This document shows, piece after piece, positions 59,574 to 64,000 of a stretch of DNA of 64,000 bases. Source of the DNA: an uncultured bacterium (GTDB taxonomy: Bacteria > Bacillota > Clostridia > Lachnospirales > Lachnospiraceae); the NCBI GenBank assembly GCA_945911275.1, contig CAMEAQ010000007.1, positions 30,782 through 94,781 on the forward strand, given 5' to 3'. Both the position numbers and the translations under genes were made by a program. The notes beneath the pieces were generated by a model that saw only the letters and a list, made by a program, of their open reading frames with translations, had not been told where the DNA came from and did no database searches. Every line of letters begins with the position of its first letter. Position 1 is the first letter of the stretch.

Positions 59574-60264
59574 GACATTGATTTTGGTGGTGGAGGATGA
59601 TAGGCCGGTTCAGAATCTCATGGTAACGACTCTGAAAGCGCATGATTACAAATACCTGACTGCCATGAATGGTGAGACTGCCATTCTGGAGGCTTCTTCT
59701 CATAATCCGGATATCATATTACTAGATCTGGGGCTTCCGGATATGGACGGGATGGAGGTAATCAAAAAAATCCGTACCTGGTCCAATGTTCCGATCATTG
59801 TACTCAGTGCAAGAAGTGAAGATACAGACAAAGTGGAGGCACTGGATGCGGGAGCAGATGATTATCTGACAAAGCCGTTCTCTGTGGAAGAACTTTTAGC
59901 CAGACTCAGAGTCACAGAGAGACGGTTGGCAGCTGTACAGGGAGATACGACAATCTCTTCCGTATTTGTGAATGGAAAACTCCGGATTGATTACTCTGCC
60001 GGATGCGCATATATGGGAGAAGAAGAACTTCATTTGACGCCGATCGAATATAAGCTATTGTGTCTGCTCTCCAGGAATGTGGGAAAAGTGTTGACCCATA
60101 CATTTATCACACAGAATATCTGGGGACATAGCTGGGAAAATGATGTGGCTTCGTTAAGAGTGTTTATGGCGACACTTCGTAAAAAACTGGAGAAATATTC
60201 AGACTCGGTTCAGTATATTCAGACCCATGTGGGAGTGGGATATCGGATGATCAGGGTAGAATAA
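59566..60264 (+). CDS. kdpE: KdpE response regulator
   Basis: LLDLGLPDMDG, GADDYLTKPF, LRVFMATLRKKLE, THVGVGYR; overlaps the kdpD stop. Confidence 0.92.
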   Translation: MNKTLILVVEDDRPVQNLMVTTLKAHDYKYLTAMNGETAILEASSHNPDIILLDLGLPDMDGMEVIKKIRTWSNVPIIVLSARSEDTDKVEALDAGADDYLTKPFSVEELLARLRVTERRLAAVQGDTTISSVFVNGKLRIDYSAGCAYMGEEELHLTPIEYKLLCLLSRNVGKVLTHTFITQNIWGHSWENDVASLRVFMATLRKKLEKYSDSVQYIQTHVGVGYRMIRVE

Positions 60265-60441
60265 AAGAGATGGGACATGCAGGGACTCTTATGGATATCT
60301 GCGTGTCCCGTTTATGGTCTGCCGGTGAAATGCGGAAGGTGTTATTTACATATACATTTCGTCAGATTATCCGATATGTTTTTTTGAACCTTTTCCTCTG
60401 AAAGCACATATCTTATTATCATGAATTATATCTGGGAGGTC

Positions 60442-61458
60442 ATGATGAAAAAGAAACTGACAGCAATCGGTCTGGCGGCAGTTCTGGCATGTATGGGATT
60501 TGTGGGCTGCGGAAATGAGACAGGAAAAGGAGAAAGTGAGAAACTGGAACGGGTAACGCTGAATGAGGTGGCACATTCTATTTTTTATGCTCCTCAGTAC
60601 GTTGCAATCGAAAATGGATATTTTGAAAAAGAAGGCATTGATCTGGAACTGGTAACCGGATACGGTGCGGATAAAACCATGGCTGCTGTCATATCCGGCG
60701 ATGCTCAGATTGGATTTATGGGGGCTGAGGCTTCGGTTTATGCATATCTGGAAGGCGCCAATGACCCGGTGGTGAATTTTGCACAGGGAACGCAGAGAGC
60801 CGGAAACTTTCTGGTGGCCAGAGAAGAAATGCCGGATTTCCAGTGGAGTGATCTGAAAGGAAAGAATATACTGGGTGGGCGAAAAGGTGGTATGCCGGAG
60901 ATGGTTTTTGAGTATATTCTGAAACAGAATGGACTCGACCCGGCAACGGACATGAGCATCGACCAGAGTATTGACTTTGGTTCCACTGCGGCAGCATTTT
61001 CAGGAGGGCAGGGTGACTTTACCATAGAGTTTGAACCATCAGCAACTGCGCTTGAACAGGAAGGTGTGGGCTATGTAGTTGCTTCCTGTGGTGTGGATTC
61101 CGGATATGTTCCATACACCTCCTACAGCGCAAAGACCAGCTATATCGAAAAACATCCCGACATCATCCAGAAATTTACCAACGCACTGCAAAAAGGTCTG
61201 GATTATGTCAATAGTCATTCTCCGGAAGAGATTGCCAAAGTAATCAAACCGCAGTTTGAGGAAAATGATCTGGAGACAGTCACTGCAATTGTAAAAAGAT
61301 ATCAGGAACAGGATACCTGGAAAGAGAATCTGGTATTTGAAAAAGCAGGATTTGAACTTTTACAGGATATTTTGGAAAGTGCGGGAGAACTGGAGAAGAG
61401 AGCAGAGTATGAGAAACTGGTTACGACAGAATATGCCGAAAAAGCCATGAAAAAGTAA
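60442..61458 (+). CDS. ABC substrate-binding lipoprotein (NMT1/SsuA-like)
   Basis: MGFVGC lipobox, HSIFYAPQYVA, GGRKGGMPEM. Confidence 0.85.
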   Translation: MMKKKLTAIGLAAVLACMGFVGCGNETGKGESEKLERVTLNEVAHSIFYAPQYVAIENGYFEKEGIDLELVTGYGADKTMAAVISGDAQIGFMGAEASVYAYLEGANDPVVNFAQGTQRAGNFLVAREEMPDFQWSDLKGKNILGGRKGGMPEMVFEYILKQNGLDPATDMSIDQSIDFGSTAAAFSGGQGDFTIEFEPSATALEQEGVGYVVASCGVDSGYVPYTSYSAKTSYIEKHPDIIQKFTNALQKGLDYVNSHSPEEIAKVIKPQFEENDLETVTAIVKRYQEQDTWKENLVFEKAGFELLQDILESAGELEKRAEYEKLVTTEYAEKAMKK

Positions 61459-61523
61459 AAAATATTTACGGATAAATGATTGCGAATCAGAGGACGGTCA
61501 ACAGCCGTCCTCTGAACGTTTAT

Positions 61524-61694
61524 TTACTTCATTTCGTATTGCAGCATTTCGTAATGGAGAAGACATCCTTCATAGATTTCCGGAGGAAGCAGGGCACGGG
61601 CCACCAGCTTTGGCTCTTCTTCCGGGATGTCAGTACGCTGCAGGTGGGCATAATCTCCGTCGATGGTGAGAACTTTATAGTCACAGGTAAGCAA
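61524..61694 (-). CDS. conserved-looking small hypothetical protein (56 aa)
   Basis: TTG start with GAGGTGA RBS; YKVLTIDGDYAHL...LVARALLP beta-rich sequence; hairpin at 61491-511. Confidence 0.7.
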   Translation of the reverse strand: MLTCDYKVLTIDGDYAHLQRTDIPEEEPKLVARALLPPEIYEGCLLHYEMLQYEMK

Positions 61695-61820
61695 AAAATT
61701 CACCTCATTTCCATATATTTTCCTTAGTATATCAAAAATTTCTCGTAAATGCATCCACTTGGTGTTATAATTAGCAGAATAAATTGTTTCTTTTGGAATA
61801 GAAAGACAGGGAGTGATAAA

Positions 61821-62900
61821 TTGAGTATTAAGCAGATACATACAGGACTTTTCATCCTGGGAATTTCGGCAGTTCTTTCTGTGTCAGCTGTACCGGTGCA
61901 GGCGGCAGAATGGACGAAGACCAATCAGGGATGGAAGTATCAGGAAGACGATGGGATCTATGCCGAGTGGCAATGGAAACAAGTAGACAAAAAATGGTAT
62001 TATTTTGATGATAGTGGTTACTGTGTGAGCGGATGGAAAAAGATTGATGAGGGCTGGTATTATTTTAATGAGAACGGCCAAATGGCGGCCAGTCAGTGGA
62101 TAAAGGATTATTATGTGGGAACGGACGGAAGAATGCTGTCCGGTACCTGGGTGGGAAATATCTGGGTGGATGAAGAAGGGAAAAAAGATACTTCTATTCA
62201 GAAAGAAAAAACGATTCCACTGAAAAGTATAACACTTAATAAGGAAGCCATCTCTCTACTGGCAGGAGAAACAGCAAATCTTGTGACGAATTGTCAGCCG
62301 GCAGATACAACCCGGTGGAAAGCGGTACGCTGGACTAGTTCTGATTCGCAGGTTGCAGATGTGTTTCGCGGAAAGATTACGGCTGTAGGAGAAGGTACAG
62401 CACAGATTACGGCAAAGCTGGGAGACGCGGAAGCGGTATGTACGGTTACTGTGAAAGAAAGTGATGTGTGCAAAACTGCGTTGTCACTTTTGGATACTCA
62501 GTATATCTGGGGTGGTAACGGACCGGCTGATGGAGGTGTGGATTGTTCAGGGCTTCTAATGTATGCTTATACACAGAATGGATATGATTTTGGTGCGGAT
62601 CTGAATGCCAACAATTTTGCTCTGCATGGACAGGAAATCAGCAGAGAGGAACTCCAGCCGGGAGATGCCATTTGTTGTTGCTATAACGGAGAGAGATACC
62701 AGCATATCCTGTTATATATTGGCAATGATATGGTAGTGGCATCGGAGTGCGGCGGTCCGCAGGTATGTACTGCGGGATTGAGTTGTGATCAGCATGGAAA
62801 AGGAACACAGTGCAACTGCCGTACATGGAAGCGGCCGTTGAATGAAAATGATCTGGTAAATGCGAAGTTTATCCGGATGGATGCATATATAAAAGGATAA
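61821..62900 (+). CDS. NlpC/P60 peptidoglycan endopeptidase with cell-wall-binding repeats and Ig-like domain
   Basis: Signal peptide ending AA, KWYYF/GWYYF repeats, Big_2-like segment, YIWGG...DCSG...HILLY. Confidence 0.88.
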   Translation: MSIKQIHTGLFILGISAVLSVSAVPVQAAEWTKTNQGWKYQEDDGIYAEWQWKQVDKKWYYFDDSGYCVSGWKKIDEGWYYFNENGQMAASQWIKDYYVGTDGRMLSGTWVGNIWVDEEGKKDTSIQKEKTIPLKSITLNKEAISLLAGETANLVTNCQPADTTRWKAVRWTSSDSQVADVFRGKITAVGEGTAQITAKLGDAEAVCTVTVKESDVCKTALSLLDTQYIWGGNGPADGGVDCSGLLMYAYTQNGYDFGADLNANNFALHGQEISREELQPGDAICCCYNGERYQHILLYIGNDMVVASECGGPQVCTAGLSCDQHGKGTQCNCRTWKRPLNENDLVNAKFIRMDAYIKG

Positions 62901-62929
62901 ATAAAGAAAAAAGGACAGGTGACGAGCAT

Positions 62930-63724
62930 ATGAAGATAGGATTTATTGGTTGTGGAAATATGGCATCTGCCATGATAGGCGGTATTGTGAAAAATAAAGT
63001 GGCAGCGCCGGAAGAGCTGCTGGCATCGGCAAAAACCAGGGAAAGCAGGGAGAGAGCAGAAAAGGAGTTGGGAATCCGTCTGACTGCTTCTAATTGTGAG
63101 GTGGCTGCATTTGCAGATGTACTGGTTCTGGCTGTAAAACCCTTTTATTATGAAGAAGTGATTGCGGAGATTAAAGACAGTGTGAAAGAAGATGCGGTCA
63201 TTGTATCGATTACTCCGGGTAAAAAACTGGAATGGCTGGAAGAACAATTCGGGAAACCAACAAAGATCGTGCGTACCATGCCAAATACGCCAGCTCTTGT
63301 GGGAGAAGGAATGAGTTGTGTCTGCGGTAATGCAAGAACAACGCAGGAAGATATTGATCGAGTGTGTAGGATCTTCTCTGGATTTGGAAAGTCAGAAATT
63401 GTGACAGAAGAAATGATCGATGTAGTGGTGGGAGTAAGCGGAAGCTCCCCTGCGTACGTGTTTATGTTTATAGAAGCAATGGCAGATGCCGCAGTTGCGG
63501 ATGGGATGCCCAGAGCTCAGGCGTATCGGTTTGCGGCCCAGGCAGTATTGGGAAGTGCGAAAATGGTTCTGGAGACTGGAAAACATCCCGGGGAACTGAA
63601 AGATATGGTCTGCTCTCCAAAAGGGACGACGATCGAAGCAGTTCGTGTGCTGGAAGAAAAAGGGTTCCGCAGTGCTGTGTTTGAAGCGGTGAAGGCATGC
63701 GTGAAAAAAACAAGAGAGGTCTAA
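62930..63724 (+). CDS. proC: pyrroline-5-carboxylate reductase
   Basis: GFIGCGNMA, RTMPNTP, SGSSPAY, CSPKGTTI. Confidence 0.96.
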   Translation: MKIGFIGCGNMASAMIGGIVKNKVAAPEELLASAKTRESRERAEKELGIRLTASNCEVAAFADVLVLAVKPFYYEEVIAEIKDSVKEDAVIVSITPGKKLEWLEEQFGKPTKIVRTMPNTPALVGEGMSCVCGNARTTQEDIDRVCRIFSGFGKSEIVTEEMIDVVVGVSGSSPAYVFMFIEAMADAAVADGMPRAQAYRFAAQAVLGSAKMVLETGKHPGELKDMVCSPKGTTIEAVRVLEEKGFRSAVFEAVKACVKKTREV

Positions 63725-63760
63725 ATGAATAATAATATTTGGAAGAAAGAGGGTATTGAA

Positions 63761-64000
63761 ATGAGTAAAGTATGTGTTTTTCTGGCAGATGGTTTTGAGG
63801 AAATCGAGGGATTGACGGTTGTGGATCTTCTTCGTCGTGCAGGAGAGGAAGTAGTGACGGTTTCCATCATGGGAAGAAAAAAGATTATGGGTTCTCATCA
63901 AATTCAGGTGATGGCAGACGAGTTATTTGAAACGATGGATTTTGCACAGGCGAAGCTTTTGGTACTTCCCGGGGGAATGCCGGGTACAAAGTATCTGGGA
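63761..64000 (+). CDS. DJ-1/PfpI (YajL/ThiJ-like) protein, 3'-partial
   Basis: My translation: MSKVCVFLADGFEEIEGLTVVDLLRRAG...LVLPGGMPG, running off the window edge. Confidence 0.9.
   Translation, partial: MSKVCVFLADGFEEIEGLTVVDLLRRAGEEVVTVSIMGRKKIMGSHQIQVMADELFETMDFAQAKLLVLPGGMPGTKYLG

Overview
64 kb of chromosomal backbone from a Clostridia (Lachnospiraceae-like, probably spore-forming) gut bacterium. It holds housekeeping genes (lgt, hslO, nadE, thiC, addAB, thrS, proC), transport and two-component modules (two AGCS symporters, RR/HK/PepSY, KtrAB with KdpDE), glycoside hydrolases (GH78, GH3, GH31) and three clear cis-regulatory RNAs (Mn riboswitch before mntP, TPP before thiC, Thr T-box before thrS). 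I saw no rRNA, tRNA or CRISPR array. The most unusual signal is non-coding: a 177-bp highly structured repeat in two copies differing at 1 base (7380-7556 +, 45776-45952 -), plus a diverged 3' fragment (21664-21724). All three are co-oriented with the local genes and lie downstream of an intrinsic terminator, and two sit inside attenuator leaders (T-box thrS, TPP thiC). Also notable: a second hairpin family (GGCTGAT...AGCC) at three gene 3' ends, a 270-bp tandem-hairpin array upstream of GH3, an sRNA/sORF candidate at 40.7-40.9 kb, an SH3b-Rhs / small gene / IS mosaic relic abutting the thrS promoter, a collapsed TRAP operon relic, and a KdpD with an extra N-terminal membrane anchor. All family calls are by eye from motifs; no searches were run.
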